Shown: piece by piece, positions 55,922 through 64,000 of the stretch
Numbering within the stretch: position 1 is the stretch's first letter
How the letters are laid out: each line of letters starts with the position of its first letter
DNA from: Candidatus Latescibacterota bacterium
GTDB taxonomy: Bacteria; Latescibacterota; UBA2968; UBA8231
NCBI GenBank assembly: GCA_965215195.1
Contig: CBDCDC010000002.1
Span: forward strand, 2,720,001 to 2,784,000
Length of the DNA: 64,000 nt
Direction of reading: 5' to 3'
Position numbers and translations under genes: made by a program
Notes under the pieces: model-generated
The model's database searches: none
Told to the model about the DNA's origin: nothing
The model's input: the letters and a program-made list of their open reading frames with translations, nothing else

Positions 55922-58027
55922 ATGCGCTACTTGCTCGTTGCTATTGGATTGTTGTCGGCTCCGCTTGGAGCCTTCGCTTTAACGTGGGATTTTGACGAGG
56001 GCACCACTTGGGGATGGACCGCTCAGGAGAGTCTCTTAGGCACTGACCATGGTCCCACCACGGTGTACAGCGAAGTCGAAGGCGGCGTCTGGCGCATTGC
56101 GCCGGTGCCGAGCGGGAAACGACCCGCCATTAGCTTGGTCTCGCCGCTGATAGGGGAAGATTCGGCCCTGTTCGACTGGGTCACCTTACGGCTACGGATC
56201 CTCCACGGCCACCCCACTGAGGGGGACCTCCTGATGGCATGGTCCAATGTCGAGTCCCGACGCCGCAAGCAGGAAGCGGGACGAGACGCAAACAGGGCGG
56301 GGTTTCGTACGGGCCGTTCTCAACTGTATCCCATCGAATGGGAAAACATCACCATAGAGATACGCGCCTTGGAAGCCGCGGCGGCGGCAGACCCCGAAGC
56401 AGAGATCATTTGGCAGGACACCCTCTTCCACGTCCAGCTAGACCTAAACTTAAACCCCGAACCCCAAGGTCCGGCCGATTATCCGGCTTTTGTCGAGGTG
56501 GACTGGATTCAACTAACGGGTACCGAAGAGCTGCTGTTAGGGGAATTGTCGCCCCGGGAGCACGTCGTGGCGGCTAGGTTGCCCGGGGCGTTGTTGGCTG
56601 ACCCGCGTTTTTCTACACTGGGCCAAGGTATCGGTACCCCAGGATCTCAAGGTACTTTGGGCGATGTGGATGGCGATGGGGATGCCGATTTAGTAGTGGT
56701 CCGGCGAGCGGGCTGGACCATAGCGACCAGCGATGGCTGGGGCGGTTTGGTCCCCACCCAAGAGGGTCTCCGCTCAAGCCGGGGTATTCCAAGGATTGCG
56801 GGGGGCGATTTCGACGAGGATGGGCTGCTCGATCTGGCCGTTGGTAGCGGTCTTACCCTCGAATTGTGGCTCAATCGGGGCGAGGATGGCTTTGAAACCA
56901 TCCTCCAGATATCCGATGGCTACTTCCTTGGCTTGGCCGATGGCGATGGCGACGGCGATGTGGATCTGTTGGTGGTTGAGGAGCTCGACGACCGATGGTC
57001 CAACGCGACTCTGTGGCTCAATGATGGCGCGGCCGGGTTTGCCGACCGCGATCGGTTCGTCCTCGACACCGAAGAGGAACTCGGTACTTCCCTGCTGGCA
57101 GGGCAATCGTTGGGCGAGGCCGTGCGCCTATTGTGGAACCGACCGTGCTACAAGCCGGTGGGGCCTTGGCGTCTGACCCAGCCGTGGGCGGCCAGCCCGA
57201 GCCCGCCGCCCCCGCTGTTTTTTGACGCCGCGGTCAATCCCTGCGACTTGCACCTGCTCGCCGACCTAAATGGGGATGGGGCGGTGGAGTTGGTCGGGAC
57301 GCCCGAGCGGAATCTGTTCTTCGACTTTTCTTTTAGCAACACCTACCACGGTTTGGCACTGTGGCGGGTGGACGCCTCGGGCGGGGTAGAACGCCACACC
57401 CTGCTCGGTCCGCAGGTGCTCGTGTCGGCTCCATTTCAGGGTGGGGGGGTCATTGCCAGCGACCTGACCGGCGATGGCCTTTTGGACTTGGCCGTGGTCG
57501 ATGGCAACGTGGCCACCGGGCCGGCGCTGGTAGTCTTGGTCGGCCAGCGCGATGGGGTGCCCGTCATCGAAGGGCGCTATCCCTTGCCAGGCATCGGCAA
57601 CAAAGTGCTCGCGGGCGATGTCAACGGCGATGGGGCGACCGATCTGGTCGTGCTGGCGCGGAGTGGGGGCGACGGCGGGGCCTTCGTCTTCCTCAACCAA
57701 GGCGTTCCGGCTACGGCCGTCGCGGCTGAGACGGCGACCCCGCCTACGGCCTTTGCTCTTGGTGCTAACTATCCCAACCCGTTCAATCCGGCCACGACCC
57801 TCCCCGTATCGGTGGCGGCTGGTGCGGGCGACGTGAATGTAACCATTTACAACGTCTTGGGGCAGCCGGTGCGCGAGGTGTGGAACGGTCCGCTGGCGGC
57901 GGGCGAGCATCGACTCACTTGGGATGGCCGGGACGCGCAGGGGCAAGCCGTCGCCGCCGGGGTCTATCTGGTGCGGCTGCACCAAGGCGACCACACGCTC
58001 CTCCGCAAGATGGTCAAGCTCGAATAG
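55922..58027 (+). CDS. Secreted FG-GAP/VCBS-repeat plus FlgD-Ig protein, copy 3
   Basis: Paralog of 51823-54015 with the same architecture. Confidence 0.85.
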   Translation: MRYLLVAIGLLSAPLGAFALTWDFDEGTTWGWTAQESLLGTDHGPTTVYSEVEGGVWRIAPVPSGKRPAISLVSPLIGEDSALFDWVTLRLRILHGHPTEGDLLMAWSNVESRRRKQEAGRDANRAGFRTGRSQLYPIEWENITIEIRALEAAAAADPEAEIIWQDTLFHVQLDLNLNPEPQGPADYPAFVEVDWIQLTGTEELLLGELSPREHVVAARLPGALLADPRFSTLGQGIGTPGSQGTLGDVDGDGDADLVVVRRAGWTIATSDGWGGLVPTQEGLRSSRGIPRIAGGDFDEDGLLDLAVGSGLTLELWLNRGEDGFETILQISDGYFLGLADGDGDGDVDLLVVEELDDRWSNATLWLNDGAAGFADRDRFVLDTEEELGTSLLAGQSLGEAVRLLWNRPCYKPVGPWRLTQPWAASPSPPPPLFFDAAVNPCDLHLLADLNGDGAVELVGTPERNLFFDFSFSNTYHGLALWRVDASGGVERHTLLGPQVLVSAPFQGGGVIASDLTGDGLLDLAVVDGNVATGPALVVLVGQRDGVPVIEGRYPLPGIGNKVLAGDVNGDGATDLVVLARSGGDGGAFVFLNQGVPATAVAAETATPPTAFALGANYPNPFNPATTLPVSVAAGAGDVNVTIYNVLGQPVREVWNGPLAAGEHRLTWDGRDAQGQAVAAGVYLVRLHQGDHTLLRKMVKLE

Positions 58028-58041
58028 ACGACCCTTCGGCC

Positions 58042-58139
58042 AGAAAGGAGGTGTATCCCATGCTCGCAGGTTTGATGCCCCGTCAGCAACCCCAACGGTT
58101 GGCTGATCTTTTTCCGACCCTTTTGAGGAGGAATGCATT
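58042..58139 (+). promoter_or_regulatory. Conserved leader copy 2
   Basis: AGAAAGGAGGTG; uORF 58060-58152; hairpin TCAGCAACC-CCAAC-GGTTGGCTGA followed by TCTTTTT. Confidence 0.65.
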
Positions 58140-59012
58140 ATGCCGTCTTTAAGGTTTGTTTTTCAGGCCCTGCTGGTGGAGTTCGCCCCGTCGTCGCGTG
58201 GGCACGTCGAGCCGCGTCAGGGGTTGGCGCTGGGGTGGCTGGGCAGCGTGGTGGTTGGGCTGGTGGTGGTGTTCGGCATGGCGGACGAGACGCAGGCCGA
58301 TCCCTGCTTTGGAATCGACGTGGGAAGCTATGGATTTAATATAACGCCGTATCCATGCGAGCGGCAAGACCACGAACCCGTCGAGTATTGGCAGGATCAT
58401 TATTTTCACCAGCCTAGGACTCCGGGCAATTCTGGGACTCCGAGCTGTACGTATCTGTATTCTACCTGTGGCCCCAGTACGGCCCCAGTCGTCGTGGCCG
58501 ATACGACCACTTCCCCCTGCTTTGGAATCGCCGCGGGAAGCAGAGGCTCGTACACAACGCCGTATCCATGCGAGTGGCAAAACCACGAACCCGTCGAGTA
58601 TTGGCAGGAGTATTATTCTCACCAGCCTGAGACTCCGGGCGATCCTGAGACTCCGAGATGTGCTTATCTGTATTCTACCTGTGGCCCCAGTACGGCCACG
58701 GCTATTGCGGCTGAGACGGCGGCGACGCCTACGGCCTTGGTCCTTGGTGCCAACTATCCCAACCCGTTCAATCCGGCCACGATCATCCCCGTATCGGTGG
58801 CTGCTGGCACCGGAAATGTGGACTTAATCATCTACAACGTCTTGGGGCAGCCGGTGCGTACGGTGTGGAACGGTCCGCTGGCGGCGGGCGAGCATCGGCT
58901 AACGTGGGATGGTCGAGACGCGCAGGGGCAGCCCGTCGCCGCTGGGGTCTATTTGTATCGGTTGCAGGTGGGCGACCACACGCGCCTCCGCAAGATGGTC
59001 AAACTTGATTAG
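58140..59012 (+). CDS. Conserved leader peptide plus two 4-Cys modules plus FlgD-Ig domain
   Basis: VEPRQGLALGWLG leader; two C-x16-C-x29-C-x6-C modules containing EPVEYWQ; NYPNPFNP C-terminal domain. Confidence 0.82.
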   Translation: MPSLRFVFQALLVEFAPSSRGHVEPRQGLALGWLGSVVVGLVVVFGMADETQADPCFGIDVGSYGFNITPYPCERQDHEPVEYWQDHYFHQPRTPGNSGTPSCTYLYSTCGPSTAPVVVADTTTSPCFGIAAGSRGSYTTPYPCEWQNHEPVEYWQEYYSHQPETPGDPETPRCAYLYSTCGPSTATAIAAETAATPTALVLGANYPNPFNPATIIPVSVAAGTGNVDLIIYNVLGQPVRTVWNGPLAAGEHRLTWDGRDAQGQPVAAGVYLYRLQVGDHTRLRKMVKLD

Positions 59013-59026
59013 ACGACCCTTCGGCC

Positions 59027-59124
59027 AGAAAGGAAGTGTATCTCATGCTCGCAGGCTTGATGCCCCGTCAGCAACCCCAACGGTTTGCTGATCTTTTTCC
59101 TATCCTTTTGAGGAGGAATGCATT
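59027..59124 (+). promoter_or_regulatory. Conserved leader copy 3
   Basis: AGAAAGGAAGTG; uORF 59045-59137; hairpin TCAGCAACC-CCAAC-GGTTTGCTGA followed by TCTTTTT. Confidence 0.65.
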
Positions 59125-59991
59125 ATGCGGTCTTTAAGGTTTGTTTTTCAGGCCCTGCTGGTGGAGTTCGCCATGTCGTCGCGTGGGCACGTGGAGCCGC
59201 GTCAGGGGTTGGCACTGGGGTGGTTGGGCAGCGTGGCGGCTGGGCTGGCGGTGGTGTTCGGCGCGGTGGACGAGACGCCGGCCGATCCTTGCTATGGAAT
59301 CGCCGAGGGAAGCAGTGGATCGCGCACAACGTCGTATCTCTGCGAGTGGCAAGACCACGAACCTGTCGAGTATTGGCAGGATCATTATTTCCACCATCCT
59401 GGGACTCCAAGATGTACTTATCAGTATTCTACATGTGTGGTGGCTGGGCTGGCGGTGGTGTTCGGCGCGGTGGACGAGACGCCGGCACCGGCCGATCCTT
59501 GCTATGGAATCGCCGAGGGAAGCAGAGGATCGCACAAAACGCCGTATCCCTGCGAGTGGCAAGACCATGCACCCGTTGAGTATTGGCAGGATCATTATTT
59601 TCACGATCCTGAGACTTCGGACGATTCTGGGACTCCGAGCTGTACTTATCTGTATTCTACATGCGGCCCCAGTACGGCCACGGCTATCGAGGCCGAGACG
59701 ATGGCGACGCCGACGGCCTTTGCCCTTGGTGCCAACTACCCCAATCCGTTCAATCCGGCCACGACCATCCCCGTATCGGTGGCGGATGCAGGCGCGGTGG
59801 ATGTAACGATCTACAACGTCTTGGGACAGCCGGTGCGTACGGTGTGGAATGGTCCGCTGGCGGCGGGTGTGCATCGGCTGACGTGGGATGGCCGGGACGC
59901 GCAGGGGCAGCCGGTCTCCGCCGGAGTCTATCTGGTGCGGCTGCATCAAGGCGACCACACGCGCCTCCGCAAAATGGTCAAACTCGAATAG
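59125..59991 (+). CDS. Conserved leader peptide plus two 4-Cys modules plus FlgD-Ig domain (paralog)
   Basis: Same leader. The second module is preceded by a repeat of the leader end, VVAGLAVVFGAVDETPA. Confidence 0.82.
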   Translation: MRSLRFVFQALLVEFAMSSRGHVEPRQGLALGWLGSVAAGLAVVFGAVDETPADPCYGIAEGSSGSRTTSYLCEWQDHEPVEYWQDHYFHHPGTPRCTYQYSTCVVAGLAVVFGAVDETPAPADPCYGIAEGSRGSHKTPYPCEWQDHAPVEYWQDHYFHDPETSDDSGTPSCTYLYSTCGPSTATAIEAETMATPTAFALGANYPNPFNPATTIPVSVADAGAVDVTIYNVLGQPVRTVWNGPLAAGVHRLTWDGRDAQGQPVSAGVYLVRLHQGDHTRLRKMVKLE

Positions 59992-60127
59992 ACACACGAA
60001 CTGGGAGCGGACATGCTGGAGACATTGCGTCAACACCTAGCGGCTGGCAGCGTTTCATGGAACGATTGAATGGGGAGGGCGTGGGGGCGTGGATTAGGCC
60101 CTGCCGAAAAGAGAGAGGCATAAGACG

Positions 60128-61471
60128 ATGAGACGACCGTGGAAAGTACCGTTCCGAAGCAATAGAAAGCTGCAAAGCTGCTTGGCACTGTCGCTGGCTT
60201 TGCATCTGCTGGTGATCTTCGGACTCCCGCGCCACGAGCGGGTTACTCACTTTCCCGTGCAACCGCCGATCATGGTGAAGTTTACCAAGAAGCGCCCGCT
60301 GCCGCGCACCCTCACCCGTCGGCAACGACCCCAACAGCGTCCGTTGGTGCGCCGCCCCGCCCTGCAAGCGGCCCCGGTCGTGGCGATGCGGCCGGCACCC
60401 TCGGCGTCGCGCCCGCTGCCGGTGTTCCAGACATCGGTGCTTCGGCTGCCGTCGGCATCGCTGCCGGATCGGCTGGTGTTGCCGGTGCCGGATTTCCCCG
60501 CTCGGCACATTGGTCCGCAGATGCAGGCTGGGGCACTGGAAGGGACGCGGCAGGGCGCGGACGAGATTGACTTGTCCTTGGAACTGATGGATGTGCAGGC
60601 GATGGACACCGGCCAGCATCGGGCGATGGTGGTGGTTGATCCAAAAGATCGGCGCAAGCTCAAGGGATTCCTTTATATGTCCGGCATCTACAGCCCTTCC
60701 ATTGAACGGGCTGACCGTGAACAGGCCAAGTACAGTCAATCGCGCTGGTGGAGCCAGCCGATCCGACAACGCCGCTGGGCGGAACGGCGGATGTTACAAG
60801 GGTTGGCCGATGAGATGACCGCCCAGACACAGGTTCACGTCGAAGTGCGCGATGCGGTTCGGCTCGACGATCCGCAGCTTTTGCAAGTCCCCTTCGTCCT
60901 GATGACCGTCAACACCCCCTTTGAGTTTACCGACAGCGAGGCGACCCAGCTCGGGGCGTATTTAACGTCGGGTGGCTTCCTATTTGTGGATATTGGAAAC
61001 TTTTTGCTGGACAATTACCGCGATGAGGAATTGGACATTCCGATGGTGCGTTCCTTCCTTCGCGCCAGCTTTCAAGCGGTGGGGTATCAAGAAGGGAAGG
61101 ACTGGCAGTTTAGACGCCTAGCGATAACGCATCCGCTCTATCATTGCTTTTACAATATAAACAGTCTGCCCCGGGGGATGCGCGATATGCACTCTCTAAA
61201 AAGAGAATCTCCCTCGTTAACTCCGGACTATTTGGAGGGCATCGTCGTAGGGGAGCAGTTAGTGGGGGTGTACTCGATGCGCGGCTACGCCGATTTCTGG
61301 GCGGGAATCGCCCGGCAGGAGCTAGATTTTGTTTTAGAGGATGGCATAGTCAACAGCCCGTTTCTCGCCAGTGCCGAGGAGCCGATGGTCTATAATTTGG
61401 GCGTCAATCTCTTGGTGTACGCCCTGACGCGCGAGGGGTCACTAGCCCAACAATTCGTCGAGGCGGACTGA
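60128..61471 (+). CDS. DUF4159-domain protein, copy 2
   Basis: About 180 N-terminal aa near-identical to 54567-55901; YLTSGGFL, HPLYHCFY, LGVNLLVYALT. Confidence 0.78.
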   Translation: MRRPWKVPFRSNRKLQSCLALSLALHLLVIFGLPRHERVTHFPVQPPIMVKFTKKRPLPRTLTRRQRPQQRPLVRRPALQAAPVVAMRPAPSASRPLPVFQTSVLRLPSASLPDRLVLPVPDFPARHIGPQMQAGALEGTRQGADEIDLSLELMDVQAMDTGQHRAMVVVDPKDRRKLKGFLYMSGIYSPSIERADREQAKYSQSRWWSQPIRQRRWAERRMLQGLADEMTAQTQVHVEVRDAVRLDDPQLLQVPFVLMTVNTPFEFTDSEATQLGAYLTSGGFLFVDIGNFLLDNYRDEELDIPMVRSFLRASFQAVGYQEGKDWQFRRLAITHPLYHCFYNINSLPRGMRDMHSLKRESPSLTPDYLEGIVVGEQLVGVYSMRGYADFWAGIARQELDFVLEDGIVNSPFLASAEEPMVYNLGVNLLVYALTREGSLAQQFVEAD

Positions 61472-61517
61472 GGGCTGTTGTGCCGTGGTACTATAACTGA
61501 GGAGGGCACTGCGAGGT

Positions 61518-62723
61518 ATGGAAATCATTCCGTTAATTCCCGAATGCGACGTTGCCACACAGAGGGCACGGGCCACACAAGACCGCAATATGCGCGCCCA
61601 AGTGAGGGCTTGTCTCCTGTTAGGGCGCTATTACAAGGAACAAGGGGAACTCGACAGAGCCGAAGCCCTGTATAAAAGAGTCCTTAAAAAGGGACGGCAG
61701 TGGCAAGATGACGCGCTAGAAGCCGATGCGTGTAGCGGCTTGGGGCTGATGTACCAAGTCAAGGGACGGATGGACGAGGCGGTTGACTATCTCAATAAGG
61801 CCTTTGCGATCAATAATGAACGCCGCGATGAGGAGCGTCTGGCTGTCAGCTATAGCAACAGAGGCTTTGTCGCTCATCTGCAAGGAAAAATCGCCGAGGC
61901 ACGAGAATTGCACACCCGCGCTCAGCAACTTCACGAGGCGTTGGGCAATAGGGCCTATTGGGCGGAAGAATGCGGCAACTTGGGGCAGTTGGCACTCCAG
62001 CAAAACAAACCGGAGGAAGCCGAAGCCTACTTCCAGCAGGGACTAAAAGTGTGTCAAGAACTCGGCGATCTACCGGGTATTTCCGGCCACTACCAGGGCT
62101 TGGGGCTGGCCTATCTTGGACAGCAGCGTTTAGCCGACGCCGAAGCTATCCTTAAAAAAGGCATTGCGATTGAGGAGCGGCTCCAGCGCGACGAGGGCTT
62201 GGCTCATCATTACAGTGTCTTGGGCGGCGTATATAGCCAGATGGGTCAGTTTGATGAGGCCGAAGAAATGTATCGTCGGACGCTGGCCATCTACCGAAAA
62301 TTGGGTAATAAACAGTTTGAGGCTCGCACCATGAGCGGTCTGGGGCAGATGCTGAGGACGAAAGGCGACCCGCGAGAAGCCGCGGCGTGGTTCCAGCAGG
62401 CGAGGGATCTGTTTGACGCAATTGGAGATAACAAAGGCCGGGCGGCACAAGCGGCTCTTTTGGGCGATAACTATATGGACGTTGAAAACCTTAAGGCGGC
62501 CGAGGAAGCGTATCGGCAGGCGGTGCAACTGTTTGTGAAGGTATCGGACTTGGAGGCCGTGGCCGACGTTAGAGTTCGCTTGGGGCGGGTCTATGCGTCG
62601 AATCAGGCTCCTTTTGATGCCGTACTTCAGTGGCGGCAAGCCTTGGAACTATACCGCGAACTTCAGCGAGACGACAAGGTTGAGTTCGTAGAAGAGTTGC
62701 TGCGGACGAGCGGCCGAGTGTAA
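61518..62723 (+). CDS. Tetratricopeptide-repeat protein
   Basis: About nine 40-aa TPR-like repeats (LG..Y...G..DEA...Y..AL.I); SD GAGGT. Confidence 0.88.
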   Translation: MEIIPLIPECDVATQRARATQDRNMRAQVRACLLLGRYYKEQGELDRAEALYKRVLKKGRQWQDDALEADACSGLGLMYQVKGRMDEAVDYLNKAFAINNERRDEERLAVSYSNRGFVAHLQGKIAEARELHTRAQQLHEALGNRAYWAEECGNLGQLALQQNKPEEAEAYFQQGLKVCQELGDLPGISGHYQGLGLAYLGQQRLADAEAILKKGIAIEERLQRDEGLAHHYSVLGGVYSQMGQFDEAEEMYRRTLAIYRKLGNKQFEARTMSGLGQMLRTKGDPREAAAWFQQARDLFDAIGDNKGRAAQAALLGDNYMDVENLKAAEEAYRQAVQLFVKVSDLEAVADVRVRLGRVYASNQAPFDAVLQWRQALELYRELQRDDKVEFVEELLRTSGRV

Positions 62724-62770
62724 GATGTTCAACGCGATACGACAGCGGACCGCAGCCAGACATGTCCTAA

Positions 62771-62938
62771 GAAGCGGTCTGCTTCACCGCTCCTTTAGGC
62801 GTGACAAACCCCCGGCGGATCGCGTTGAGTAGCGGTTAAGCGGCGCTCGGAGGGCGCGTCTTGCGAGGGCGAGCCGCCCTCGATCCTAGATTGTTTGCTG
62901 CACCCAAGGGACGGTTCGCGGAATTTTCAGATAGCTTC
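62771..62938 (+). mobile_element. MITE copy 3 (168 bp)
   Basis: GAAGCGGTCTG...CAGATAGCTTC with TAA on both flanks; shares CTTCACCGC.CCTTTAGGCGTGACAAACCCC and GAGGGCGAG.CGCCCTCGATCC with copy 1. Confidence 0.8.
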
Positions 62939-63212
62939 TAAAAAAAAGAACGCTCGCGTCGTATAGAGCGGGGTGGATGGTCCACCTGCGTACTCTTAGC
63001 CATTTTGTTATTGGCAGCTCCGCTTGGCACCTTGGCCTTAACGTGGGATTGCGCCGATGGCAACACTTAGGGCTGGACCGCGCAAGAGAGGGACAAGGAG
63101 ATGCACGCTTTGCCCTGACGTGCCGCTCGCTCGTTTGCCGAATGCAGCTAAAGTTTATATTTTGCTATGTTTTAAGTCCGCTACTGTTCACCTTTCATCC
63201 TCGGGAGCTACA

Positions 63213-63458
63213 ATGGCCAAGTCGATGTTTTCTCGGGAAGTCGCCCTCAAATTGGAAAGCGAAATCAATGCCTTTCAAGCCTGCCGCAGCCTGTCGCAGC
63301 GCGCACGAGACATTAACACTGAGCGCAAAGTGAGAGAAGCCGAAAGCGAAATTTCCGAGGAAGAGCAGCCCAATTCGTCGGCCAGTGCCATGGTGGACTT
63401 TGCCGAGGGGCGCATCGTCCTCGTGCCGGAAGAGGACGCGGCCCCAGACGAGATCTGA
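63213..63458 (+). CDS. Probable RNA polymerase omega subunit (RpoZ-like)
   Basis: 81 aa; NAFQACRSLSQRARDIN...AMVDFAEGRI resembles the omega N-x-Y/F...RAR...A...G-I pattern; SD GGGAG. Confidence 0.55.
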   Translation: MAKSMFSREVALKLESEINAFQACRSLSQRARDINTERKVREAESEISEEEQPNSSASAMVDFAEGRIVLVPEEDAAPDEI

Positions 63459-63552
63459 ATAGGTACGGCCCACCTACGCCTCCTCGTGGGCCTTGCTGTC
63501 TCCAACAAAAAAGCCGCAATAAGCCTGCTGCCGGCCGCGTTAGCTGAAAGGG

Positions 63553-63573
63553 GCCGCCTGTTCGGCGGTTTTT
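63553..63573 (+). terminator. Rho-independent terminator
   Basis: GCCGCC-TGTTC-GGCGGT followed by TTTT. Confidence 0.5.
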
Positions 63574-63647
63574 CGCGTTTTCTCCCCTCACTGCATAGTG
63601 CTTTCACCCTCTGCCACAGCGCCAAAACGCCCTGTAAAGGAGGCGTC

Positions 63648-64000
63648 ATGGGCCTAAAAAAAAACTGCTGTCCCCGCCGCCGCTGGGGCAAGACCGAGCT
63701 TTCCATACCCGTGATCCCATTCGGGACGCAAGGCTTTGGCGGCCACTTCGGTCCGGTCAGCGACGAAGAGGCCATGGCCCTGATGCGCCGGGCCGTTGAT
63801 CTGGGCGTCAATCACTTCGACTGCGCCCGCTGCTACGGCGACTCCCTGCGCAAGCTGGGCCGTGCGATTGGGGAAGGCGTCATCGGCCGCAGCGAGATCA
63901 TCATCAGCGGGCGCGTATGCTGTCACAGTGCCGCTGCGTGGGGTGGCTACGGCGAGGGGCGGCCCGACTACTCGGCGGCGCGGGCCTTGGCCGATGCCGA
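63648..64000 (+). CDS. Aldo/keto reductase (partial, runs off the window)
   Basis: SD AAGGAGG; RRWGKTELSIPVIPFGT...AVDLGVNHFDCARCYGDS. Confidence 0.85.
   Translation, partial: MGLKKNCCPRRRWGKTELSIPVIPFGTQGFGGHFGPVSDEEAMALMRRAVDLGVNHFDCARCYGDSLRKLGRAIGEGVIGRSEIIISGRVCCHSAAAWGGYGEGRPDYSAARALADA

Noticed and set aside
58290-59670. Diversity-generating retroelement TR/VR pairs among the Cys modules
   Set aside because: No reverse transcriptase in the window; differences include indels and non-adenine changes, and all copies are coding.

Overview
GC-rich bacterial window. Many secreted proteins with FlgD-Ig/T9SS-like C-terminal domains, phytanoyl-CoA dioxygenase paralogs and an Rpn fragment suggest a Latescibacterota/Poribacteria-like organism (inference only). 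Bases 1-35.4 kb hold metabolic and housekeeping genes (lactonase, D-cysteine desulfhydrase-like enzyme, GH13, ABC-2 exporter, hrpA, amidohydrolase, nfeD-nfeD-floA operon, tRNA-Leu-CAA), an AT-rich type II R-M pair, one intact HigBA-like pair and several toxin-antitoxin remnants. After the tRNA come a decayed Xre/RES pair, an IS630 nested in the inverted repeat of an IS982-like element, a solo Rpn C-terminal domain and a CdaA-YbbR fusion. The most notable region is 42.7-62.7 kb. An apparently cytoplasmic beta-propeller/Y_Y_Y sigma-54 activator faces a consensus -24/-12 promoter. The downstream operon encodes a CxxC FMN-binding protein, two TlpA/MauD-like thioredoxins and a 6-Cys peptide precursor followed by a 15-bp hairpin. 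It continues with a duplicated array of FG-GAP/FlgD proteins, DUF4159 proteins and tandem 4-Cys modules fused to FlgD. Each Cys-peptide gene has a conserved uORF-plus-hairpin leader. Three copies of a 152-168 bp MITE with TAA/TTA target duplications are present. Family calls come from motif recognition; no database search was run.
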